Shown here: positions 25,401 to 38,985 of the stretch, one piece after another
Numbering within the stretch: position 1 is the first letter of the stretch
How the letters are laid out: the number at the start of each line of letters is the position of its first letter
Assembly (NCBI GenBank): GCA_002633005.1
Contig: NMRA01000480.1
Span: 192,172-256,171, forward strand
Reading direction: 5' to 3'
DNA length: 64,000 nt
From: Phoronis australis
Taxonomy: Eukaryota > Animalia > Phoronida
Program-made: the position numbers and the translations under genes
The notes under the pieces: model-generated
Told to the model about the DNA's origin: nothing
Databases searched by the model: none
Seen by the model: only the letters and a program-made list of their open reading frames with translations

Positions 25401-25644
25401 GCAAGAGGGGAGGGTCAGGGGGGAGGGGGAAGGTCAAACTTATAACGTTAAACGAATGAAGGCGGCGGAGGGAGACCGGTACGTGGGTACGTGCCCCCCA
25501 TAACTTGCAAGCGTGTTCGTTGGTGAGTAGAGAAAACACACACAAAGAAATATGTAGAATAGTGAGGACTATCTATTGACTAGACTGCCAGTGGTGGAAT
25601 TAACCTTCAGAGGCCCTAGCCAAGACATTTTTGTTACAGACTCC

Positions 25645-26300
25645 TACCACAGTAGCATCAAGTCACGTGCCTCAAACAAACAAAAAGCACAGTAGCATTA
25701 AGTCACCTGACCCAAACCAATAAAAACCACAGAAGCAAGAAGTCACGCGGTTCAAAGAAACAGTAATCACACTGAGTAGCATGAAGTCACGCGGCCCAAA
25801 GAAACAAAAAACCCAGTACATAGTCACGCTGCCCAAAGAAAGAAAACCGCGGTTGCATGAAGTCACACGGTCTAAAGAAACATTAAACAAAGTGACAACA
25901 AGTCACACGGCCCAAACAAACAAAAACATCAAGTCACGCTGCCCAAAGAAACCGAAACCACAATAGCAACAAGTCATGCTGCCAAAACAAGGGAAATCAC
26001 AGCAGCATCAAGTCATGCGGCCCAAACAGACAAAAACCACAGTAGCGTCAGGTCACGAGGCCTAAACAAACAAAAAACACAGTAGCATCAAGTCATGCGG
26101 CGCAAACAAACAAAAACCAAAGCAGCATCAGTTCACGAGGTCCAAACAAACAAAACCACAGTAACGTCAACTCACACGCCCAAACAAACAAAAACAACGG
26201 TAGTATCAAGTCACTCGACCCATACAAAACAAAAATGACAGTAGCATCAATACATGCGGCCCAAACAAACAACAACCTCAATAGCATCAAGCCATGCGGC
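25645..26300. repeat. Minisatellite, ~41-bp unit x ~16
   Basis: acagtagcatcaagtcacgcggcccaaacaaacaaaaa repeated with divergence. Confidence 0.9.
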
Positions 26301-27767
26301 ACTAAAGCAAACTTGTGTACGCTTGCAAAAGTACACGTAAATAGAAAGAAGTTTATATTATGACCAAATGATAGAAAAAATGAAAATCAGGGCAATTGCG
26401 TAGATTTTCATGTTCAGTGTTTCACTTTAATCGCTAAAGCAGAATCAAGACAATAAACCAATGTACACACTAACTGAACAAACAGCGAGTATATTCAAAC
26501 ACAGCAACGTAACATGTTGTCACTGTTGAGTGTAGGCTACATTGGATTTTCGTCTTGATAATGCTTTAGTGATTAAAACGAAACGTTGAACATGAAAATC
26601 TACGTAGTTGTCCTGATTTTTTTCTATGATTTGGTCAAAATCTGATTTAATCAATAATAACGTGAATAGTCTACAAGCAGCACCGTGGCATGCCACCTTA
26701 TTTCGTTGTACATGAAGGAATATGATAAATGTGTGAGTATCAGTTTAACGCTGAAGCATAATGGGGGGAGGGGGGTGAGCAACGGGAATGAAGACTGACT
26801 ACAATGGTGTAAAGTGAGGAAGAAAAGAGAGAAAATTGAACATAAAAATGCGTACTCACATAAATGGCAAGAAAACACAAAAAGGCATTACAAAAGCCGC
26901 CTGATAGCGAAATTTGTAGACAAAATATCTATAGACAGCAAATCCAAGCACACTTGCGAGATTAGACAAATTCGGTTTCACAAAATTCAGAAAGTTTCCA
27001 TGAATATCCCTGTAATTTCCGGCCCACAAATCCTAATCTAAAGAGGCGAAAAAATAACATCGAAAACCAACAATCCACAACTGCTAAGAAACTATGAAAA
27101 AGACAATAGATACAGTAATGCGCACAGACTTGAATGCCATACATTCCCGGAAATCAGTTTTAAATGATTGAAAACACCAAGCTATTTAACGCCCAAGATT
27201 TGGCTCAGCATTAGCACGGGCTTTAATGTCAATAGATATCTCATAAATGACGGTGAGAATCGGTGATTTGTAATGAAACCCCAAAATACAACGGATTTTA
27301 TTGTCATTTAGATCTTGTCAAAGCTAATAACTTCAAAAAATCTATGACATCCAATAGTGACCCAAAATGCGTTTTTCAACCGTCTAAACGATAGAGCTCC
27401 TTATAGAGAAAATGTTAAGTCTGTGTAATAGTTTGCACATCAGTATTTGAATTTGAAATTGCATTCAGTAATCCACCAATCATATGTTAACAACGAATAC
27501 TGTCCTTCAATTGACATGCTGGAAGTGCCCGCCCACTAATCGACAGGCTGGACGTGCCCTCTTGTCAATGGACAGGCTAAAAGTGCCCGCCTTCTTTGCC
27601 ATGTGTGCGTACCATAGACCTAAGAAACTCGCAAAAACGCAAGATCACAAAATTCTTCGTGAGTTATCGCCACGCACTACAGACAAAGCACGTGATCACA
27701 CTACCGGATGTCTTGCTTCCACGGAACGCAGTCCTGCCTTTTTCCTGATACGTGTCTGCACATAGGG

Positions 27768-27803
27768 TATAAAAACCAAGGAGTGAAGTAGGAGAAATCA
27801 TTC
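27768..27803 (+). promoter_or_regulatory. Pol II core promoter: TATAAAAA (27768-27775) and Inr TCATTC (27798-27803)
   Basis: Canonical ~30-bp TATA-Inr spacing; ATG ~43 nt downstream. Confidence 0.65.
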
Positions 27804-27842
27804 CGATAAGAAGCTGAAATCGACAATCACACACCAAGAGAT

Positions 27843-27875
27843 ATGAGGAATTTCTTTGGATTGCTCTTAGCTATA
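27843..27875 (+). CDS. Secreted protein of unknown family, coding exon 1 (MRNFFGLLLAI)
   Basis: ATG, hydrophobic codons and a perfect GTAAGT donor at 27876 (phase 0). Confidence 0.65.
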
Positions 27876-28759
27876 GTAAGTAGACTCTGCCACTTCAAAA
27901 CTACGCAAAGTTAACTCGCATACCTCCAAAATGGACTTCCTGTTCTACAAAAATGAAATATTCTGGTCACATAGCCTGTCATGAAAACCTAATTTTCTGC
28001 TATAGGATTTTTTCGTGTGCAGATCTACAGATCTCTTCCAAAATGACGTTACTTGTCAACTCGTTGTTTTTTGAAAACAGAAAGGCATCTTTATATTTTC
28101 ACTGGTAATATTCTTATGATAATATTAAAAAATATAATTTGCCTGAATTGTTATGGATTTTGTCGTATAGAGCGCTCTTTTGACTTCCAGGTTACGTTTT
28201 GAATTATTGAAATCGTTCACATTTGATTGTTAGCGGACTTGCCTGTAAAGCATTCTTCAATTGTTGTATATTTCAATGGAAGTACAGCGTTTTTTTCTAA
28301 CTTTTCTCATTTTTTATTCCTGGAGACTTTAGAACCATTTCGCCCGTTAAATAATCTTGGCGGAGCCACCATAGAAAGTTTGGTTGGATTTGACGCTATA
28401 TACATGTAAAGATATTTTATCCTAGAGAGATTCACGTTCCGAAGCAAACTTTTTTGCAAACTCGAGTTTTGCTGAGTTTGCAAACAAAGAGTTGCCAGTG
28501 TTGACCTCTGTAAACACTACGTAATTAGTTTGCCGAAGTGTGGTCACACACATCATTTGGAAACTAGTTTTGTGAAGTTTGGCAAATTAATACCAACCAT
28601 CAGGCAGTAGAAAATCATGCAAGTATCTGTGTTCAATATGGTAATATCGAGGAAAAAGTTTTAATGTTTAAAGCAATGTACCGTACACCTTGAACGAGAA
28701 TCACAGACGTCGTGGGACAGTGTGTCTTATAGTGGCAGATCCAGTGTAAGAGTGGCTCC

Positions 28760-29115
28760 ACTGCCAATGGGCACATCTAGTGTACGAGCGGTTTGACTGC
28801 CAATGGGCACATCTAGTGTACGAGNCCTTTTTACGCAATCTCAGATTCAGTTGGCACGGATGCAAGCCATTTCACCATGTATTTAAAGGGCTCGCGAAAT
28901 CGAGGCTGTTAATCTATCACCACTAGTACACTCACGCCCTCTAGTTATTGCAGATTTACCGAATAGCCCCATTGGCACATCTAGTGTGCGAGTGGTTCGA
29001 CTGCTAATTGGCACATCCAGTGTACGAGTGGTTCTACTGCTGATTGGCGCATCTAGTGTACGAGTGGTTCGACTGCTGATTGGCCCATCTAGTGAACGAG
29101 TAGCTCGACTGCCAA
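28760..29115. repeat. 36-bp minisatellite in two blocks (28760-28824, 28970-29115)
   Basis: attggcacatctagtgtacgagtggttcgactgc.. repeated. Confidence 0.88.
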
Positions 29116-30169
29116 GATGATGGCACTCAGAAAGAGGATCTCGAACGTTAAGTGCGCGTGCGAGATTCTGACAAAGTGACAAGAACTCGCAGGACTTCGC
29201 GAGATATTGCCATGTGTTTCAAGCGAAGCACGTGTTCCCGACGTGTTCGCACTAGCTTCCTTAGCCTGATTTTGCGAAACAGGCTAAGCCATCCGTGCAC
29301 TGGTCTTCAGCTAAACGTCAAAGGACAATAAGCATTTCGAGAGTCACCCCTCTGGTTTCAAGCAATAACCAACTGTCAGTTCTTTCGAAGATCTGAAACC
29401 AGTTTTAGTTTAGTCAAAACATGTTTCTTGTAATAAGAGTAGTGTTTATAGCCGAATTAGTATTAGATGCGTTCAGGAAGAGCTCTGCCAGAGATCTAAC
29501 AAGAATAGCTCTTGCAGTCAGAGGCAATGAGCTATATACATAAAGACGACACGACTATACTCGCAAGCCAGAGAGCACGTTACACGCGGTCCGCCATATT
29601 GATCTAAACAAAAGCACGGTGGCCTTACGGGGAATTTTCTAAAATTTAAATACTAACGAGGTTTTAAAATATTGATAACATAACAAAATGTACACCTGTG
29701 ACCCACGCATTACTTAAACGATCACATAAGCACTGCAAAGACAAAATTCTTAATCACTTTGGCTGAAATTCTCACGGAGTGCTGTTAGGGCCTGGGAGTT
29801 TTTGCCGGCTCAGTCGAAAACACAATCACTGAAATGTATAAAATTTAGAAAATTGTATAGTACCTATTTTTCAGTTGTTTATAAACCGACATGACTATCA
29901 GGTCGAACGAGCCCCCTCATTTGGCGAAGTGGGCAAAAAGGTCCGCATCGTCAGAAATTCCAGCCCCCCATATTAAACCCTGGGTGCGCGCATGTTACAT
30001 ACTCAGGCCTTAACACACTGTAAGTATTAGAAGACCATAAACAGGACTGAATATAAAAACGATGGTTTTCCTCAAGTAAGACAGTTGCACATTTTAATAA
30101 CTTGCCAGGCTACATAACATGTGTCGCATCTCTTGAAATTTACAGAAACAACCCATCTACCGTCTCAAT

Positions 30170-30403
30170 ATAACATTGTGGGGTGTAGCATTCTTGGGGT
30201 ATCCCTTCCTTCGATCCTGCCCTATTCCTAATAACCTGGTTTTATACCACAATATCAGCCTCGAATGGCAGATACAACCGTGTAATAATCCATAAAGTTA
30301 TCTCACTAGTGAGATAACATTTTGGCGGGAAACCGAGGCCGGATTCGAACCCGGGCCTCAAGAGTTTCGAGTCGCCGACTTTACCACTACAGCACATAGC
30401 GGC
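30170..30403 (-). mobile_element. tRNA-derived SINE
   Basis: Minus strand GCCGCTATGTGCTGTAGTGGTAAAGTC...GGGTTCGAATCCGG (A and B boxes) without a proper acceptor stem; 3' boundary approximate. Confidence 0.65.
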
Positions 30404-32269
30404 TGACGTCATCGAACGTGAAAATAGAATACCTAAATGGGCACGCGCAACAATCGCATGTTCGGAAAAGGGCATTGCACCGACATGTATACGCTATGAA
30501 AAATAAGACGCATAATTTCCATAAAAACCATATTTTAATTCAGTGAAATTTTTTTCTCGTGTTCTCTCACTTATAAATCACCGATCTCCAATTTGAATGC
30601 GGGTATCGTGTTGTCGGGATCCTTTGACTTGAGCATTACAGTCAGTTGCTAGTGGTAACCTACTTTAGCAGACGATATTTTGCCGGTCGAAGCTTAGCGT
30701 GATAAAATGTGTAGTAAGCTATAATAGTTGCTGAACCTTAATTTATAGATTCAATTTATTTCTATTTTGTTTTATTTTTCAATTGGTTTTGAGTAAAGGC
30801 ATTATTTTACAAAAAGATCTCGGCTTTTCTTAAAAGGTCACGACCTCCGACCCCGGGTCTCTGACATAGAAAGTAGTTACAAAGCCGAGGCGAGTCGAGA
30901 AAGGAAGATCGATTCATTGCAATGTTTCTCGTTCAGCATGTGGTATAAATAGATTATTACAAGTTCTCAGTCGTTATCCCCCGTTATCTAGAGCCCTCGT
31001 GGATTTTGGAGAATTATCACCCTCGGGGCTAACGGGGATAACGGGGGATAACGAATTCGCCATGTACTAATTTATATATATTTAATTAAATAAATCTTCG
31101 AATTGTTGTCCACTCTGTAAAAATAAACAACTATTAATCTTTTAGTCACATTTTGTGTTTCTTCGTTGCTAGAAAACAACAGATATCTTGGTTACTAAAA
31201 CCTTAAAAGACATATCGGACAAAGAAGGAAAATCAAGTAAAAGATCATGAAACAACGACTTAAGTGGGTGTTCTCGGAACCAAATTAAGTTGAACAATAT
31301 TGTTTCGGTAACGGTCTGGTTCTCAAAATACGGGCACGTTATATCCGACCATTGCCATTGTTTCTGCTATCGGATTCTCGCCCACAAAATCATTTTATTT
31401 CAGTTTCAATTTTAAACCTCAAAAGACAAAAAATTATATCATTGATTCTGGGTCTAATCTTTATACTCGAAGTCAAACTTTATTTTTGATATTTTCTGCT
31501 TTAACTAAGGATAAGTGTTAAGACCCTTTTTAAAATTCTGTGCTCAAGTGTTCAGTGATTTTCTGGAATAATTTTCTAAAAATCCTAGTTTGCACTTGAT
31601 GATCCTAACATTAAAGCTATGAGTTTTTACTTGAAATCCCGTGTTGTTACCAACATTGGTTCCTAGATACTCGCATCTCGACTAACATGGTTCATCAGCA
31701 AGGTAATGGACCACTCTGCTCAACGAAAACCACGTGACGTCAACTCTAACTATATTTATCTCATTGGTCAGAGCCGGATTTCAAATTAATTTACTTACTT
31801 ATATGGTCTAGTACGAAATCAGTACCTTTAATTTAGTTAGTGAATCTCGTGTTGTAATTCTGAACGTAGAAATAAACGAAAGTCAGAAAAACATTTCAAA
31901 CACGAGTCTTTATTCTAATAATGAAAACCAGACGATCCCGTCATTCTAACAGATAGCTATAGCGCTTATACTACATCTCGGTTGAGCCGAAGGCCTGAAA
32001 GACGTTACCATTGGAGGCGCGTTATTGAATCCTGATTATTCAGCACTGAAAATGCGGGCTTCGCTTTTTCTCATGTTTCTTACACATTAAGATTCCTAGT
32101 TGTATTTTGGCGTTCAGTCATGTTCAACGGTAAAGCTTAGTCGCTGCCTCTATAGACCTAATTCACGCCGACAGGAGGCGCGTTCCAAAACGAGCTCGCT
32201 ACGATAGCTCTTTTAGCTTATCGGGTTGTATTCCACGTTTTTCGAACGTCTAGAAAAATACGGACACTC

Positions 32270-32350
32270 AACTGTCTGTTTTACAATCCCTAAGGACGTT
32301 GAATTTAGGAAGCGTTGGGTCGTTGCCATACACCGCGACGAAGGAAAATA
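32270..32350 (+). mobile_element. THAP domain fragment of a DNA transposon
   Basis: CFTIPKDVEFRKRWVVAIHRDEG matches the THAP FxxPxdxxxRxxW core. Confidence 0.55.
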
Positions 32351-33937
32351 TGTCCGTGCAAAATTTATAAATGATTTCGAAAAATTAGATCATATTTTGT
32401 CGCATCTCGGTTGCCGACAGCGGGAGCATCAAAGCACTGACGACCGCGGGAGAGTCTTCAGCCAGCCAGGCTGTTTTCATGACTACGGGTTGCTGCATTT
32501 TTCTTTCTAAAAGAACAGGGTCCTCAATACCTCGATTGTGAGGCCGAATTTCGGCCCTATTCCACTCTACGGCAAAAATATTGAAAAATCCCCCGAAATT
32601 CCCACCACGACTGTGGCCTAAAAGTCATCTATGCCCTGGTGATTGAAAGGTTCTCTCCAAAGTTCAAATCACCTGTAACCACGCAGGTGGCACTTTGAAA
32701 GAGCACAAAAATGCTACTTGAGACAGCCTATGAGAGCTTGCAGGTAGATTTTTCCCCTAGCTCGGCGAAAACATTTGCTCTCAGAGGCACTGGCACCTTT
32801 CTCCTGGGATGAACGAGGCCCCCGAAGAAGCATGATAACCATGTTTGCTCTGTAAAGTTAACTAAAATTGGACTCTAAAAGGAGCTTATATTTTGGACGA
32901 ACGAATTAGGTGTTTTAATTTTAAAATTCAACTTGGTCCAGATTGATATTTGAAATCTAACACACGAGACGTAAGAATTATTAAAACTAAAAAGCAGAAT
33001 TGCTGGTCAAATAATTTTTATTTTCAATTACGAGCCTGTTTTTTATTTTAATAAAAATATATTTAATAACATAAATTATTCTTTCAGATCAATGACAAAT
33101 CAACTGTTAGTCCCGGTAGTCCGTACCACACAAGGACTTAGGCTAGGCCTGATGTCAATATTCTTGATCAACACGTTAAACCAGATATGACTAATTGCAC
33201 ATGACAGCAAAATGCAATGAACCACCATTGTCGAATATATATTCAACTCGTCAACAATACAAGCAGATGACCTGGTTCGTGTAGAAAGCATTTCTATCAA
33301 CAATTTACAAGAAGGAACGTAACCCTGCATTCAGCATAATACCGGACCTGTAGGACAACGCAGTTTGGTCATATTTACTTTTTATGTTTCGAACCTAGTT
33401 TTCCGAAAAAAAGCTTATACCCTTTCGTCAGACAACTCTTTGGTGCATTGACTTGTTTTCTAATGTATTTTTCTATGTCCCTGGGGTTAACTATCGAAAC
33501 ACTTTTAAGAATTAATATCCAGGTTGGACTTGAAAGACCGGCCATTTAACTCAAGCAATGTCAACTTCCGCTTTGTTTATCGCAGTGAGCCTCGCTTTGG
33601 ATTTTAATGTCCGCTGCGTAAATTAGGTTTAAAGGATTATACAGTGGTACTTATCACACAACTAAATTAAGATTAAAGTTTCACAGTAAAACACAAGTTA
33701 AGCCAATTTACGTAACAATAGTATGTTCTAAAGCGTTGCATAAATATTGCTTTGGATTTGAAGGTATTAAATCTCATGGAATCAGTATTTACCACATTAA
33801 TTAGTGAAAAGTGTACGCAGTATTCTATAACACCAGCCCGCGAAATAAAGATACGTGAAACGGAAAAATATATCTAAGCGGGCGAGAAATGGGCCCACAG
33901 GATTTCACGATTTTGTGTTAAGGACTTTAACCACTAT

Positions 33938-34470
33938 CTGTTTCTGTTTCTGTTTCTGTGGTGTCGTCAGAGGGTAGGCACCGGGATAGTCTCTAGCCTT
34001 CCTCCTTCCAGTATCGCACGCAATGTAAATTTGGAGATGTAACCAAGTTCGTGCTGGTTACACACTCTTCGATCTTTTCTGAGTCTGTAAGTAGAAATGA
34101 TCGGTCTGCAGGTGTTGTGTTCTGTGAGAGCCAGACTAGGGCGTCTTCATATGGTTCACATTCAGCTCTAAAAGACGAGGATTTTCCAACCCGTGCTGTT
34201 GACCATTCGAAGAGGCGTTGACCCTCGCAAGTCCAAGCAACTGCTGCCCAAGCCGTAGTGTCATCTCTTAGTGAGCCGTCCGTTGCAACAATGATTGTGG
34301 GAGATTGTTCTTCAACCCATTCCGATAGAGTTGCTTGGTTGATACAGTCAGCTCTTTCCCGCCAATGACGGCCTCCAATCTCCATGGTGTTGATGACAAA
34401 GTTTGTGGCTTTCGACCACTCTATGCTGTTGATGTTCTCCTCTGGACATACCTCTTCGACAAGCTCACTA
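33938..34470 (-). mobile_element. 3' fragment of an RNase H-bearing non-LTR retrotransposon (I/Ingi-group-like)
   Basis: VATDGS..SSSFRAE..DALVWL..LLTDS (RNase HI catalytic D/E/D); (AGAAAC)n tail at ~33938-33958. Confidence 0.75.
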
Positions 34471-34501
34471 TCTATTGTCTAACAGTAGCCCTTCGTTTCA
34501 G

Positions 34502-34677
34502 AGCGTTGTCACTTCCGCTAAAAGCACAGACCTACAATCATCAGTTGACTTCAGTTACTACCAATCATATGGTGAACTAATGGCCACAAAAGGGGAAACG
34601 TTCGTTTTCACAGGTAATCATACTGCAGAAGCGATCCCTGTCAGCGATCACCGAAGCCAGTTGATTATGTCGTGCAG
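34502..34677 (+). CDS. Secreted protein of unknown family, exon 2
   Basis: Branch CTAAC, acceptor ccttcgtttcAG, open frame SVVTSAKSTDLQ...QLIMSC(R), donor AG|GTGAGC; phases 0/2 fit exons 1 and 3. Confidence 0.7.
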
Positions 34678-36384
34678 GTGAGCCTAATTCCCATAATATG
34701 CTGTTCAAACAGTTGCTATAACCGTAGAGTTACATGTATTTATCGCTTGCAAATCAATGTTCTGACCGTCATTCTCATGATTGTGTTGTTCGTACTTCAG
34801 AGCAGAATGATATTATAGTGGGTATGAGGTACCGGAATGTGTTCTCTTCGTATTTTGGAAAGCACATCATCCTGAACGTGTCGCAAACTTGTACTAGAGT
34901 TACCGCTTTTAACTCATTCGACCCTGAGCACCATATGGAATAAGTTGCTTAGTGGCCTGGCTGAGCTGTGGAATGTCTACCCCCTTGAAGTCGGAGGGTA
35001 TTTCACTCAGAACTAGGTCACAAACACTGCACATAATTAAAACCTCATCACCCAGTCATTAGTAAACATATACTTACCAAATTTTCAGCAATACATCTTG
35101 AGTAAATGAGCTTCATGTTGATATAAAATTTATCCAAGTTCAATATCGATAAAGGGTTGAACAAGTAGTTTTACTTTTTGTTTTCCAGAAACAAAGACGT
35201 TTGTTTACAAATAATCCATTTAAATTTCCAGAAAACATGTCAAGAAAGTTTTCTGTGTAGCATATCCTCATCATAAACTAGATCACTGAAATCTGTATCT
35301 AAATCTGACCACTCAGTGCCATCAGTATCCACACTATCATATCCATAATCACTGAAGTCTATATCTAAATGTGACCAGTGTCATCAGTATCCACACTATC
35401 CTCCATAATAAAAACTTCAAGAACTGTGAGAGAGCAGCAGAGATGATGTCCGTATAATATCAAGGCAGCAATTTCAAGTGAGTGTGTGCACAGTGCTAGT
35501 CACAGAGTAGAATGTTCCTAGTAATTGAACATTTTGTTATTGTTTCTGGTCAGTTCAAATAAAATAAACAGGAGCACCCTAGCAGATGATTAAGTGGTGA
35601 CAGCAGTGTTATGTAACACCAATTAGGCTACAATTCAGGGCAATTAGCTTCATTCTAGTCTTCAAATCAAACAAACATACTATATTTCAGGGAGGAATAT
35701 CTTTATAACCTTTCAAAAGTTACCACAACAACCACTACAAAGTTAACACGCTTCCTGGTTTTTCCTTGAATTGATAATTTGCTTGTGAAGAAATGGTTAT
35801 AAATTCCAGAAATAACAGCCAATAGGCATTAACTTCACAAACAAGAAGTTAACACAGAGTATGGTGTCTCAATCCTCATTGGATAGAAAACTGGGAATAC
35901 CCTAGATATATTTAAACTTAAACCAATAAACTGCTGCCTTCTATCCCTCCTGAAGGCGTGATCCGCCTGTGAGATACATTCTTAGATAACGCCTCCAGAC
36001 GGCATCAGGCCCTGAGTGAAAATAAACAGTCAAGCCATAAGGCGGGATCAGGGAGGAATGAGTGTGGCATAAGGATCACTTACAGGGGTACCATGTCGCT
36101 GTTTTTAGAGTGGCTGTACTGCATTGGCTGCATTTGATCGACTTCACCAGTTCATCCGGGTCAACTGCCTAAGACTGACATCTGTGACTGGTTCTTGATG
36201 GCGACTTCTGGCTTACCGACCAATCAGATGTTCTTAGGCGATTGAACCGGCAGAACCGGCGGAGTCAATCAAGAACATCAATGAGTGTAACCTACGAGCA
36301 AATGAGCACTGTACATTAATACTTTGTCTAGAGCACTGCCACTAAACTAATTTATCTGCAATGCCTTGCAACGTGTATCCTCAG

Positions 36385-36620
36385 GTTGACTATAGCGATT
36401 GAAAAAGAGATGATGCGTTTCTTGCACCAAGAGAATATTTCTCACAAGTATATAATCCCAGCCGGTGCCACAGCAGTTCATCGGAAGACGTACTACTTCA
36501 CTGTGACGTTCCAGGAAGGTGGTTCTTTTAGCAACGACATTGAATGCACCGCGACATTGAATTACGTCAATAGAAATGGCGAAGACGTTACTAGGACTAC
36601 ATTTGACAACAATAAGATTG
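36385..36620 (+). CDS. Secreted protein of unknown family, exon 3
   Basis: Acceptor tatcctcAG, open frame LTIAIEKEMMRF...YYFTVTFQEGGSFSNDIECTATLNY...NNKI, donor G|GTAAGC (phase 1). Confidence 0.7.
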
Positions 36621-36742
36621 GTAAGCTGCCAAAACAAACAAAACAGACATATGACGGGAAAGGTTTGACTATATAGGTCTCCTATAGAATAATTCCTGTG
36701 TACAAGGTCAAATTTTTATATTCCAAATTTACATATTGCAAG

Positions 36743-36798
36743 AACGCTTAGAGAAAACTTACAAATTCGTACTCAAATCATGTGACGTGATGACTTAA
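36743..36798 (+). CDS. Possible terminal exon 4 of the secreted protein (ERLEKTYKFVLKSCDVMT*)
   Basis: Nearby phase-1 acceptor giving an open frame; weak AAG acceptor. Confidence 0.3.
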
Positions 36799-37544
36799 AC
36801 TCCGGGTCTGAACCCGAGTCGAGTATGAGGTTGGAAATCTGAGGTTGGAAATTAGACTGACATGGCTTGCCGTATGAATACTCGCGTTATCTGCAAAATG
36901 AACGCTCTGCTGAAGGAGAACCAGCGCAAATTGACAGACCAAGTGCCGTGAAAAATAAGTTTTTATATAGATATAGCTTTTGCGCTTACTTGTCATTAAC
37001 TGTGAAGACTATCTACTTTCTCAACAGTTCTGTATATGTTTTGTGTAATGTACTTGGGCTATATTTTGCCATAGTTGCATTCAATTTTTGCCTCGTCAAA
37101 TTCTTCACAGTTACCTGCCTGAATGGAAACATTTCATAATGCGTTCTTTCAAATTTGCTTTAACAGCTCTTGACACTTGTAACTATGTTTCATACTCGTG
37201 TGAGGTTGAAAAAGAATTTCTACAATACCTGGGACTGTGGTCGAATCTTCTACTTTTGTGCGAACTCAATGGCCCGAGGTCTAATCTCCAAACTTGAAAT
37301 TATTGTTAACATTTTCTGTTCTTTTTTTGTGCGAACTCAAGATTGTCTATTTTAATGCTTGAGAACGCTTTGATTTTCGTACTTAATGACCTCACACTCG
37401 AACATTTGGCCTTAATGTGGAGGTCACCGAGTGCACAGTACGATAAGACAGTTATCAACATTAGCCATTATGTACCTGAACGTACAATTATAGATAAGCA
37501 TAATATAAAATGACAAGTAGGATTCCAAGTTCGATTTCTGGAAC

Positions 37545-37790
37545 GATTAGAGCCCGGCCTAAAAAAGTGTTTATTATTTTTAGAACAACGACTAGTCCCC
37601 GGGCTAAGATAAGTGCTTGTTGTTTCGAGAACAACGACTAGAGGGCTAAGATAGGTGTCTGTTATTTTGACAACAACGACTAAACCTTGGGCTAAGATAA
37701 GTGTTTGTTATTTTGAAAACTGCGACTAGACCCCGGGCTTAGATAAGTGTTTGTTATTTGGAGAACAACGGCTAGACCACGAGCTAATAT
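37545..37790. repeat. Minisatellite, ~45-bp unit x5
   Basis: gggctaagataagtg.ttgttattt.gagaacaacgactag repeated. Confidence 0.85.
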
Positions 37791-38897
37791 TAGTGTTACT
37801 TGGTGCTCAGTTACATTAGGGTGTACTCAAATGGGTGTATTGTCCACGTTTGCACTTGATGACCACAAAGCTTGAGGTAAAATCTCGACTAAAACCCGAT
37901 ATTTCGGATAAAAACACGAGATTTCAAGTTCAGACTCGAAAGCATAGCTTAATGCTCGGATCATCTTGTACAAACTAGGATTAGGCAGTCATCCACGTAA
38001 ACCATAAAATGTATGTACAGAATACTTAAAAGCATAACTAAAATGTTAAAATTCATTTTCAGTACAAAATTAGACCCCGAGCTCTAATGCTTTGCTGAAC
38101 TTGTTGGCATATCACTTTGATTTGAACTGCTTTGAGGCATTTATCGAGATCCACCACGTTCCTAATGTCTTGTGGAACTTGTTGGTATATCACTTTTATT
38201 TGAATTGCATTGAGGCATGGCATATCACTTTTATTTGAACAGCTTTGAGGCATTCAAGATACACAACGTTCCTAAAAACACTCGACGTGTTAAAAACACT
38301 CGACGTGTTTTTTAAAAAAACTCAGTTCATGTTTCCAGACTAAATAGCCTAGGTCTAAAATGTTTTCTTTTTATTAAATTTGTGAATTCCAACTAAAAGC
38401 AAGCAAACATAGTGATAAACAATATTCACCAGGTCACTGTTGATAGTCATTTCCCAATGCAAAGTATGACTATCATGGCTTGGCTTAAGTGACGTAAGGC
38501 TGCAAGAAGTTGTCGTTTCCATTTGAATGTAAATAAGGAGAAATTGGGACACGTTCTATTTCTAGCACCGGGCGGAACAAGCACAGTCAACTCTATCAAC
38601 CCCACAATGAGTACAGGCGGAACAACTACAGTTCAACCGGGCGGAACAACCGACGAACCCAAAACAACTAAGGATGAAAGAAACGTGCGTTAAAACATTC
38701 CGTGAATCGAGAATTGGCCCCGATCACAGGACGGAAGGATCAATCCAAACTAATCTTAGCTAAAAATCGATTGATGACATCGACTGAGAATTTGAACTGT
38801 ATGTTTCCAATGTAGTAATAAAACACTTAAATTCGAGTTTGCATTATGACCTCCATTTCATACAATGCACTTCACAAGCTGCTACGACAGACATTCT

Positions 38898-38985
38898 ATA
38901 TGTATGTATGAATGTACGTATGTATGTATGTATGTATGAATGTATGTATGTATATATGTATGTATGTATGTTTATGTATATGTAT
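38898..38985. repeat. (TATG)n microsatellite
   Basis: Directly visible. Confidence 0.95.

Noticed and set aside
30330-30403. tRNA gene
   Set aside because: A/B boxes are present, but no proper acceptor stem or T-run terminator; better explained as a SINE head.
34909-35410. piggyBac-like end (ttaactcattcgaccc) with an acidic duplicated peptide on minus
   Set aside because: No matching second terminus or transposase motif found.
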